From Candidatus Marinacidobacterium sp. (GTDB taxonomy: Bacteria; Acidobacteriota; Vicinamibacteria; Marinacidobacterales; Marinacidobacteraceae), in assembly GCA_965204755.1 (NCBI GenBank), contig OZ242011.1:960001-1024000 (forward strand): DNA of 64,000 nucleotides, given 5' to 3'. The translations under genes were made by a program, and so were the position numbers. Positions 55,947 through 64,000 of this stretch are shown here, one piece after another. The stretch's first letter is position 1. Each line of letters begins with the position of its first letter. Below the pieces are notes generated by a model that was given only the letters and a program-made list of their open reading frames with translations, made no database searches and had not been told where the DNA came from.

Positions 55947-58900
55947 TTACGGCGACGGCCAAGGCCCGTACGGAGCGCGGGGTTCGGCGGCCATCAACTC
56001 CGGCCCGACGGTCTCCGGCGCGGACTCCCGGTCGCGGGGGCGACGGACATCGAGGACGCATACGCTGATCTTCCGGGCGTCAGTCGGCGGGAGGCCGTCG
56101 AGTACGAGGCCCTTGCGGAGACGCTCTTCCATTTCCTCCGGGGACTTGGGGCGCCGTCCTTCCGGCGCGGGCGAGGTGCGGGCCGGATCCATCCACAACA
56201 CGAGGTAGATCCCGTATCCGTCCGCCGCCGGGTCGGTCGCGTACCGGGCAGCCAGTTGGCGGCTCGCGGAACTCCAGACCTTCCGATGGGTGTTCTTCTT
56301 GATCTCCACGGGAACCGCGAAGTTCCCGTAGGTTACGCGGAGGTCCGAACGGCGGTCGTCGGCGTGGCGGCCTTCGGGCCATACCTTCACGCCTTCCGGC
56401 AGGGCGGCGCGCAACAGGGAGAGCAGGGCGTCGCGGCAACTGTCCTCGTGTTTCGTTTCCGCCGGTTCGCGTCCGGGGCCGGTTTCGTTCCAGAAGAGGC
56501 GCCAGGGATTCGCGTCGCCGCCGCGGAGGTCGTCGCCGATCTCGAGGAGCCGGTCCACGACGAGGGCCGCGAGGTCGGCGGCGCTGGTGGGAGGACCGTC
56601 GTCCAGCGCCGCCGACAGTTCCTCCGGTGACGGGTGGCGGAAGGCGGCGTCCCGGGCGAGCGGACGCTGGCGCTCTCGCGCGGAGGCGAGTTCGGAGCGC
56701 CAGTCCGCCACGCTTTCGTCCGCGATGAGATCGTCGAGGACAGCAGAGGCAGAGGGATCGGCGCCGAGCCGCCGGATGAGTTCGCCGACCGCCACTTCGG
56801 TTCGCTCGTAGGCGCCGACCCGGCGAAACGGGTTGGTCTTCCATTCGAGGGGCTTCACGAGGTTTCCCAAGGCCCGGATCAGGAGGCCGAGCGTCTCGGC
56901 GTCGGTGACTTCGGGGAGGAGAGTCCGGTCGCCGGGTTCGCCGGCGAAAAGGAACTCGCCGAGGGCCGCGGCGCGGGCGGAATCCGCCTTCAGGAGGTCC
57001 GCCAGCGGATCGCGGTATTCATCGGGGGAAACCACGAGGCCGACGGCCAACCAGAGAACGCGTTGGGCCGGTGTCACCGTGCGGCTGTTGGCCTTCTTCG
57101 CGATCACGGCGGCGAGCGCGGCAGTGTCGGCGCGGAGGAGCGCGGCGCGCAGCAGCCACTTCAGGGATTCCAACTGCGCGGCCGAGGCGCGTGTGGGGAA
57201 GGCGCGGAGGAGCGGAGGGACAGCGAGAGGGGCGACAGCGGCGAAACCGTCGGCCCTCGCCAAGTCGTAGAACAGGTCGGTGGGTTCGCCGCCGGTCCGC
57301 AATTCGACCGTGGCGAACTCGACGATCACCTTCGCCGCCAACTCGGGGCGTTCGGTCGCGAGACGCTTGGCCAAGTCAGGCTCGCCATACTGGCGTCGCG
57401 GCCGGGCGTAGTGGCGGGCGCAGTGGAAGGCAAGGGCTCGTTCAAGGTCTTCGTCGCTCCAAGGCGGGATCCCGCCGGGTGCCGCGTAGGCGGCGTTCCG
57501 CGCGGCCGCGAGGAAGGCGGGGGCGAACCACGCAGCGGAGGACTCCTCGTTGCAGCGGCGGTGCTCGCCCATCCGTGCGATTTCCGAGAGGGACGGCGCG
57601 TCGGGGCGCGCCGGGGTTCCGCGAAGGGCCGCCCAAACGGCGGCGATGGTCTCCTCGTCCCCGCGGAACAGGCGCCGGAAGCGCTCGGACGGGTCGCTTC
57701 CTTCGCTCTCGGGGAGGTGGCCGTAGAAGGCGCTGCCCAAGTCGTAGAGCAAGGGCAGCGGCGCCCGATTCTCGCGGAGCATGTCCAGGTTCTGCTGCAC
57801 GCGCGTCAACCACTCGTTGGCGCGAGCGTCGGGTTCGGCGGCTTCCTGCAGTCCCTCGTCCCGGACCAAGAAGTAATCGTCTTCCAGATCGGTTCGCAGC
57901 AGCGGCGGAAGGCGCTCGGCCAGCAGCGGCGTTTCGCCGGAAAGTTCGAAGAGCAGGTCGAGGGTCAGGTTCTCGGTCTCCGCGCCTCCCTGCAGCGCGT
58001 TCACCGCTTCGCCGAGCAGCCATTGCGAGAGGTCCGGATGTTCCTGCGCTTCGTCGCGGGCCGCATCGAGGCAGAACCTTCCGTAGTCCGGCGGGAGCGT
58101 TCCGTAGAGCAGGCGGCGGGAGTCGAGGTACGGGAAAGAGACTTCGCCCGCATCGCGCAGTCGGGACCGGGCTTCCTCCAAGACGGCCTTCTGGAGGGCC
58201 GGCCGGCGGGACAGCCACTCACGGATTCCCTCGGCGCCGCGCGGCCACAGGCGCTGCGATGGCCGCTTGAGGCTGGCGACCCGGAGCCAGTCGTGGAGCC
58301 GGGCCGCGCCGATGTTCTCGCCGAGCGCATCCAGTCCACGAGTCAGCAAGCGCACGGGGAGGTCGGCCAAGGAGAGTCGCTTCCAGTCGGGCGGGACGGC
58401 GGGTTTCGACGCCGACAGCCGGGAAGAGAGCGCATCCAGGAGTTCCGCGACTTCGGTAGGGGACGATCGTTTCAGCAGTTCGTGGCTCCAGAAGAGCCAA
58501 GCCCCGGACTGCGCGCCGAGCCACTCCTCTGGCAGGTAGTCCCATACCCCGGCCGGAGGGATCTGGCGCGGGTAGAAGCGATCGAGGAGTTGGCCTCGCA
58601 GGTCGTCGTCGGGATCGGCCATCTCCCCGTCCCGGATCTGTCGAAGAAGGTTCAGCAATTCGTCTTCGCGATCCGACGGGATGCTCTTGACGAACGCCCT
58701 GACGGCCAGCCACCGCGTTTCGCCCGGTCGAGAGGAGTCCGTCGCCGTTCGAAGCAACTCGGCGGCGAGTTCCTCCGGCGGCGAGTCGGGAAGCGACGGC
58801 AGGACGAACTGCAGGGCCGCTTCGTCCGCCGGAGCGCGGCTGTCCGAGCGGAGCATCGCCACGACTTCGTCGAGCATGTCGGGGGCGGTGAGCAGCCGGT

Positions 58901-60128
58901 CGGCGAGGCCGGAGTAGATATCCACCGGTGAATGCTCGGCCCGGCGGCGGAGTTCGTCGAGTAACGCGCGCCGTTCCGCGAGCGAAAACTCCTCAAGATC
59001 GCCGTACTGTGCGACGGCGTAGGGGTCGGCAGCGACGAGGCGCGCCCGCAGGGGGAGCGAGAGGGTGGCGAGCCAGGCGGCGAGGCCGCGGAGGAGACTG
59101 GGCGGAGCGCCATCGCTTCCAGTGAGCAAGGCGAGAAGGCGGAGGCGGGGGAATCCGTCGTCCACTCGTCGGGCGAGGTAACGGGCGGCCAGGAACTCGG
59201 CGAACCGGCGGTGGGCAGGCTCGATGCCGCTTGCCGTTTCGCCGACGAACAGGCGCGAGCCGAGCGCGAGCCGGTAGGGGCTGCCGAGGGCCGCGGACTC
59301 GGCGTCGAGGGCCAAGTAGTCGTCGCTACCGAACTCCGGAGGAAGGGCGAAGCCCGCGGCGCCGCAGAGAAGCAGGCGGGCGGAGAGTTCACCGGCTGCG
59401 TCGAGTAACGCCTCCGACTCGTGGGGCTTCGCCGGGCGAATCCGGTGCTGCGGGTTTCGTTCGACGACGAGCCGGGAGCACGCCCGCTCGAAGCCTTCTC
59501 GCCAACTGCGAGGCCATTCTTCTCCGCTCCGCGCCGCCTCGGCGAAGAGCCGGAGGGTGAGCGGGTTCCCGATCATGGCCGCGCTCCGGTAGGCGCTCGA
59601 CGCCGTCAGCCAGAGAGATGTGTCGGAGTGGCCCCGCTTCCCTTTGAGGAACGCGGCGATTTCCGCCTCATCCAGCGGCTCGAGGCGGAGTACCGCCACC
59701 TCACCGTCGGGGGAGAGGGCTTTCAGTCGAACCCGGTCGTCCTCGCCGAGCCACTCCAGCGGGCGGCAGGAGAGACGGAATCGCGGTCTTCCCCGGCCGG
59801 CGAGCCGTTCCCGGAGACGGTCGAAGGGGCGGCGGGGGTCGTCCGCGGCGGCGCGGACTTCGTCGAGACCGTCCAGAAAGAGCGTCTCCGGCGTTGAGCC
59901 CCCTAGACCGGGTGGGAGCGTCAAGAAGTCACGGACAGTGGAGAAGCGACCGGCCGGCTCTTCTCCGCTCTCCCGCTCGAATGCCGCGGTTTTTCCCATG
60001 CCCGGGTCGCCGAGAAGGACATAGGCGCCCGCGTCGCGAAACTCGCTCAGTCGTCGCGTCGGTCTGTTCGCGGATGACCTACCGACCCGGGGGCCGAGCA
60101 CGGACACTCTGCGGTCGTAGGAGTTCAC
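55947..60128 (-). CDS. NACHT/STAND NTPase with a long helical region and a C-terminal PD-(D/E)xK-like nuclease domain
   Basis: GDPGMGKT, LFLDGLDE, RLSCR, GNPLTL; C-terminal PEGRHADDRRSDL...VEIKK...QL..RY; GTG start at 60128. Confidence 0.85.
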   Translation of the reverse strand: MNSYDRRVSVLGPRVGRSSANRPTRRLSEFRDAGAYVLLGDPGMGKTAAFERESGEEPAGRFSTVRDFLTLPPGLGGSTPETLFLDGLDEVRAAADDPRRPFDRLRERLAGRGRPRFRLSCRPLEWLGEDDRVRLKALSPDGEVAVLRLEPLDEAEIAAFLKGKRGHSDTSLWLTASSAYRSAAMIGNPLTLRLFAEAARSGEEWPRSWREGFERACSRLVVERNPQHRIRPAKPHESEALLDAAGELSARLLLCGAAGFALPPEFGSDDYLALDAESAALGSPYRLALGSRLFVGETASGIEPAHRRFAEFLAARYLARRVDDGFPRLRLLALLTGSDGAPPSLLRGLAAWLATLSLPLRARLVAADPYAVAQYGDLEEFSLAERRALLDELRRRAEHSPVDIYSGLADRLLTAPDMLDEVVAMLRSDSRAPADEAALQFVLPSLPDSPPEELAAELLRTATDSSRPGETRWLAVRAFVKSIPSDREDELLNLLRQIRDGEMADPDDDLRGQLLDRFYPRQIPPAGVWDYLPEEWLGAQSGAWLFWSHELLKRSSPTEVAELLDALSSRLSASKPAVPPDWKRLSLADLPVRLLTRGLDALGENIGAARLHDWLRVASLKRPSQRLWPRGAEGIREWLSRRPALQKAVLEEARSRLRDAGEVSFPYLDSRRLLYGTLPPDYGRFCLDAARDEAQEHPDLSQWLLGEAVNALQGGAETENLTLDLLFELSGETPLLAERLPPLLRTDLEDDYFLVRDEGLQEAAEPDARANEWLTRVQQNLDMLRENRAPLPLLYDLGSAFYGHLPESEGSDPSERFRRLFRGDEETIAAVWAALRGTPARPDAPSLSEIARMGEHRRCNEESSAAWFAPAFLAAARNAAYAAPGGIPPWSDEDLERALAFHCARHYARPRRQYGEPDLAKRLATERPELAAKVIVEFATVELRTGGEPTDLFYDLARADGFAAVAPLAVPPLLRAFPTRASAAQLESLKWLLRAALLRADTAALAAVIAKKANSRTVTPAQRVLWLAVGLVVSPDEYRDPLADLLKADSARAAALGEFLFAGEPGDRTLLPEVTDAETLGLLIRALGNLVKPLEWKTNPFRRVGAYERTEVAVGELIRRLGADPSASAVLDDLIADESVADWRSELASARERQRPLARDAAFRHPSPEELSAALDDGPPTSAADLAALVVDRLLEIGDDLRGGDANPWRLFWNETGPGREPAETKHEDSCRDALLSLLRAALPEGVKVWPEGRHADDRRSDLRVTYGNFAVPVEIKKNTHRKVWSSASRQLAARYATDPAADGYGIYLVLWMDPARTSPAPEGRRPKSPEEMEERLRKGLVLDGLPPTDARKISVCVLDVRRPRDRESAPETVGPELMAAEPRAPYGPWPSP

Positions 60129-61357
60129 AGGGAATCCAACCACTCCGGGGCCGGGGTCGAGAGCACCTCGGTCAGTCGTTCCCCTCCGGGCCCGCCGACG
60201 ACGACGGGGATCGCTTCGGGGAAACGCTTCCGGAACGCGTCGAGGCCGGCTCCGCTCCCGGCCCTCGAGCCGCTGTTCACCTCGATGGCGTAGAGACGAC
60301 CGTCCCATTCGGTAACGAAGTCCACCTCGTGGTCTCCATCGCGCCAGTATCGGAGTTCCATTGCGGAGGACCCGGTGAGAAACAGGTGCCCGCCGATGGC
60401 GCTCTCGACGAGTCGGCCGCGGAAGGCGCGGTCGGTGAGCGCCGACTCCTCACCGCGACGCGTGGCCGCAGTCATCAACACCGGGTTCAACACATTCAGT
60501 TTGGGCGGTGCGGAACGGGGGAGGGACTCCCGGTCGACGAATCTCGGCAGCCCGGCGAGAAGACCCACTTCCTCAAGGAGGGGGAGGTAGCGCGCCAGCG
60601 TCGGTGCGCTGCCGGCGTCTCGCAGAAGGCGCTGCATCTTGCGGAAGGACACGATCTGCCCGGAGAGTTGCGAACCGGTCTGGAAGAGGCGCTCCAGCAG
60701 CCGGGCGTTGCCGACCCGAGTCATCGCCCGAACATCGCGACGCAGGATGGTTTCAACGAGGGAGCGCACCCGGTCCGACCACTCCCCGGGGCGGCCGTGG
60801 AAGGTGTGCGCCCGGGGATACCCCCCGTACCGGAGGAAATCGTCCAAAGTGAAGTCGAAACCGGCGGACATCTCGCCGAGCGACCAGTGGGTGATGCGGA
60901 AGGGGTGGAAGCGTCCGGCGAGGCTCTCGGTGAGACCCTGTTGCATCAGCATGGGAGTCGCCCCCAGCAACACGGCGCGCACCCGGTCGCCGCGACGGCG
61001 GTCCGCATCCCACAGACCCTTGACCGTCAACGACCAGTCGGGCGACCATTGGATTTCGTCGAGGACCAGCACCACCCAGGTCCCCGTCCGCCGCGCCTCC
61101 TGGCGAGCCTCGTTCCAGCGCGCCGCCAGCCAGTAGGGGTCCTTCGCAGCCGTAGAGCCGGGAGCGCCGGCCTCGTCGGGGTCGTCCTCGGCGTCCACGG
61201 CGTAGTAGATCGCCGGCATCCCGCAGTGGGCGATGGCCTGTCGGATGGCGGTCGTCTTGCCGGTCTGGCGCGGGCCGAAGATGGAGACGATCAGGTCGCT
61301 GCCGTCGGTGAGCCGGCGAACCAGGTCGGCCACGAGGGGGCGTTCGTAGTCCGGCAT
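60125..61357 (-). CDS. AAA_14-type ATPase with a DUF4143-like C-terminus
   Basis: GPRQTGKTT, VLDEIQ, ESLAGR, GGYP, YWRDGDHEVDFV...AIEVNSG; start moved to MPDYER, 9 nt after TACACT. Confidence 0.88.
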   Translation of the reverse strand: MPDYERPLVADLVRRLTDGSDLIVSIFGPRQTGKTTAIRQAIAHCGMPAIYYAVDAEDDPDEAGAPGSTAAKDPYWLAARWNEARQEARRTGTWVVLVLDEIQWSPDWSLTVKGLWDADRRRGDRVRAVLLGATPMLMQQGLTESLAGRFHPFRITHWSLGEMSAGFDFTLDDFLRYGGYPRAHTFHGRPGEWSDRVRSLVETILRRDVRAMTRVGNARLLERLFQTGSQLSGQIVSFRKMQRLLRDAGSAPTLARYLPLLEEVGLLAGLPRFVDRESLPRSAPPKLNVLNPVLMTAATRRGEESALTDRAFRGRLVESAIGGHLFLTGSSAMELRYWRDGDHEVDFVTEWDGRLYAIEVNSGSRAGSGAGLDAFRKRFPEAIPVVVGGPGGERLTEVLSTPAPEWLDSL

Positions 61358-61616
61358 CGCCAAGGGAGTGTAACGCATCGTTTGTCCAGTGTTTTGCACT
61401 GTTGAACGATATGATACATATTTTTACTATCTCATTGATAAATCGTCGTTTATTTCCACATTCTCCAGCGTTGGAAGCCCCGACCGGGAAGTCTCTTTCG
61501 GGATCGGCGCTCCGACAGGGCTCGGCGGGAGATGGGAGGGCGCAGGAGCGGCCCGAGCGCACGGGCGCGCGTCGGGCCGGGGAAGTCGTGAGAACCCGGG
61601 CCGGGTGGCCGGGTTC

Positions 61617-62408
61617 TCAGCGGAAGATCGACTGGCCGATCGCGAACGCGACCGGGAGGATCACCGCCCAGAACCACCGCTGCTGCGACCGCCGGATGTC
61701 CGCGATCTCGCTCATGAAGCGGACCTCGAACCGCTCCACCCGATCCTCGAGCCGGTCGACGCGGCGGTCGATCCCGTCCAGGCGCTTGTCGACCCCGTCC
61801 AAGCGCTTGTCGACCCCGTCCAGGCGCTTGTCGACCCCGTCCAGGCGGTTGTCGATTCCGTCCAGGCGGTTGTCGATCCCGTCCAGGCGGTTGTCGACCC
61901 CGTCGAGGCGGTTGTCGATCCCGTCCAGGCGGTTGTCGATTCCGTCGAGGCGGTTGTCGATCCCGTCGAGGTGGCGGTAGATCGTCTGCAGGTGGTGGTT
62001 GATCGTCTGCAGTTGGTGGCCGACTGCGTGGAGGGCGACGGCGACGCTTCCGTCGGGCGCAGGCGCGAACGGCTCGGGGGCCGGCGCGCCGGGGAACGGC
62101 AGCGGAGCGGAGGGCGGCGGACCGACCGGCGGCGGCGGCGGAACGACCGGCGGCGGAACGACCGGCGGCGGACCGGCCGGCGGCGGCGACGGAGGCGCGG
62201 CAGCGGAGTCGGCGGGCAGCGCGACGGGAGCGTCGGGCAGCGCGGCGGCAGCGGAGTCGGCGGGCGGCGCGGCGGGGGCGTCGGGCGGCGCGGTGGGGGC
62301 GTCGGCCGGCGCGGGCTTGTCGCTGCGGGGCTCGGTCACGGTCTCGGGATGAGCGTAGTCCGCGGAGCGGAGGGCCGCAACCGCGGCGTCGGGGGCGGGT
62401 TCGGACAT
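61617..62408 (-). CDS. Membrane-anchored coiled-coil protein with a Pro-rich N-terminus and heptad repeats
   Basis: AGGAGG RBS; (LDGIDNR) x10; C-terminal TM. Confidence 0.82.
   Translation of the reverse strand: MSEPAPDAAVAALRSADYAHPETVTEPRSDKPAPADAPTAPPDAPAAPPADSAAAALPDAPVALPADSAAAPPSPPPAGPPPVVPPPVVPPPPPVGPPPSAPLPFPGAPAPEPFAPAPDGSVAVALHAVGHQLQTINHHLQTIYRHLDGIDNRLDGIDNRLDGIDNRLDGVDNRLDGIDNRLDGIDNRLDGVDKRLDGVDKRLDGVDKRLDGIDRRVDRLEDRVERFEVRFMSEIADIRRSQQRWFWAVILPVAFAIGQSIFR
61761..61970. repeat. 21-bp coding tandem repeat, ten copies
   Basis: GCGGTTGTCGATCCCGTCCAG-type units. Confidence 0.92.
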
Positions 62409-62748
62409 CGTCGTCCTCCTGACGAGTGGCGGAATCGGCGCGCCGGCGACGGGTCGGCGAGCGGAATCCGCGCGATTTCCTCGTTTACTGGACGGATGGC
62501 CGGCGATTTCTGCTCACGAAAGCGCCCTCCAAGCCGCGAATTCGGATAAGTCGCGTTTCGGCGGCCGGTTCTTCGGCTCACGGCGACGCCGCGCCTCCGC
62601 TTCGGGGGAACCGGCGGGGGCGGGGAGCGTTCTTGCAGGGTGAGATGAGCGGCGGCGGCGGGAAACGGCGCACCGGTCGCCTCGCTTCCGCGTTCCGGCC
62701 GGCGGTCTCGCCGGCGGCGCCGTGATTCGCTCCCTTCCCCGCCCCGCC

Positions 62749-64000
62749 ATGTCCCGTTCCTCCGTCACCATCGCCGACCGGCGAACTACGCCCTACGGCG
62801 GCGCGGAGGACCGGCGGGCGGCCGGCGGACACGGACGCGCGGCGGGGGAGACGGTGGCGGTGGTCGGGGGCGGGACGGCGGCGCGGGAGGCGGCGCGCCT
62901 GCTTCGGGACGAGTCGCTCGGGGTGGTGGAGATCGGGGCGCTCGACGGCGAGCGAGGGGTCGAGACCCGAAGCGGCGCGGAATCGGCTCCCGAGCCGCTG
63001 GTCGGGGCCTCCGTGGTGGTGTTGGAGGCCGCCGACGCCAGCGGCGCGGCGGACGGGGCGGCGGAGGCGCAGTTGGAAGTCCTCTCACGGATCAGCCCGG
63101 AGGCGGCGGCGATCGTGCTGGCGCCGCCGGGGGCGGCTCTGCCGGACTACGACCGGCTGGGGCCGCACCGGCCGCGAGTGGTCTCGGCGCCGGTCACGCG
63201 GGAGTCGCTGCTCTCCGCGCTGGACGCGGCGCTCTCCTACCGCAACCTGCTGCGGGAGAACCGGGCGCTCCGCAGCGAGTTGCGGACGCATACCCGGCTC
63301 ACCGACTGGGTGGGGAGTTCCCCGGCGTCGGCGGCGATCCGGGGCGCGATCGTCACCGCCGCCTTCTCGGAGACGCCGGTCCTGCTCCTCGGCGAACCGG
63401 GGAGCGGACTGCGACTCGCGGCGGAGTTGGCGCACCGGCTCTCCCGGAGGGCCGCGCAGCCGTTCCTCGCGCTGGATGCGTCGAGCCTGCCGGCCGGGGA
63501 GTTGGGCCTCTTCTTCTCCGGGCTGCGGCGCGCCGCCGGCGTAGGACCGGGCGAAGGGCGGGCGGAACGCCGGGCCGGGGCAACGGTCGGCGACTCCGCC
63601 GCCGGGCCGCCGGGCAGCGTGTACCTGGGCGGGATCTCCGGGCTCGGAACCAACGACCAGGCGGCGCTCGAGGAAGCGCTGCGGCGGCCGCCCCCGTTCC
63701 GGCTGCTCGTTTCGGCGGACCCCGGGATCCGGACGCTGGCGCGGGAAGGGCGGTTTTCGCCCCGCCTCCTGCGGAAGTTGGAAGCGCTCGCGATCCGCGT
63801 CGCGCCGCTGCGGGAGCGGCGGGAGGATGTCCCGGAACTCACGCTCCACTTCCTCTCCGCGGCCTGCCGGGAGAAGGGGGTCGGGCCGTTCGGGATCCCC
63901 GAGGCGGCGATGCGGGCGTACGGCGCTTACCGCTGGCCCGGCAACACCGCGGAGTTGAAGGGGCGGGTGGGGCGCGCGGTGGCGATGGCGGCGGTCTCCC
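62749..64000 (+). CDS. Degenerate NtrC-family (sigma-54 activator-like) regulator; 3' end runs off the window
   Basis: Absent from the ORF track. Manual translation gives WVGSSPAS, PVLLLGEPGSG, PFLALD, PLRERREDV, YRWPGN. Confidence 0.8.
   Translation, partial: MSRSSVTIADRRTTPYGGAEDRRAAGGHGRAAGETVAVVGGGTAAREAARLLRDESLGVVEIGALDGERGVETRSGAESAPEPLVGASVVVLEAADASGAADGAAEAQLEVLSRISPEAAAIVLAPPGAALPDYDRLGPHRPRVVSAPVTRESLLSALDAALSYRNLLRENRALRSELRTHTRLTDWVGSSPASAAIRGAIVTAAFSETPVLLLGEPGSGLRLAAELAHRLSRRAAQPFLALDASSLPAGELGLFFSGLRRAAGVGPGEGRAERRAGATVGDSAAGPPGSVYLGGISGLGTNDQAALEEALRRPPPFRLLVSADPGIRTLAREGRFSPRLLRKLEALAIRVAPLRERREDVPELTLHFLSAACREKGVGPFGIPEAAMRAYGAYRWPGNTAELKGRVGRAVAMAAVS

Noticed and set aside
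61381-61470. Replication origin
   Set aside because: Only one imperfect DnaA-box-like word, a short AT tract and no dnaA/dnaN context

Overview
Very GC-rich bacterial chromosomal window. The mazG/DUF1844/ribF arrangement and a conserved hypothetical next to comEC suggest Acidobacteriota (inference). Most of it is housekeeping: mnmA, cca, the tRNA-Gly/Cys/Leu operon with an unannotated 6S RNA, cysS, a partner-switching trio, ribF, mazG, comEC, biotin ligase, icmF, IHF/HU, rpsA, 2-oxoacid:ferredoxin oxidoreductase and pdxST. It also carries a two-permease RND system, an ECF sigma/anti-sigma pair and a vapBC module. Three accessory loci stand out. (1) At 8.9-12.5 kb, a divergent sigma-70 factor lacking the WW dyad faces a 37-codon ORF, three paralogous exported proteins (conserved leader and hydrophobic helix, variable Cys-bracketed Pro-rich tails), an in-frame orphan tail and a coupled membrane protein. 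This is the best candidate for an undescribed system. (2) At 1-3.6 kb, a tandem mosaic array of effector-less STAND-like ATPases, each with its own near-leaderless promoter. (3) At 54.8-61.5 kb, a coupled AAA/DUF4143-like ATPase and NACHT-nuclease pair lies beside a decayed foreign insert. Window-wide signals are strong avoidance of AGCT and ACGT, many near-leaderless promoters and pervasive short tandem duplications. All calls come from reading the sequence by eye; no searches were run.
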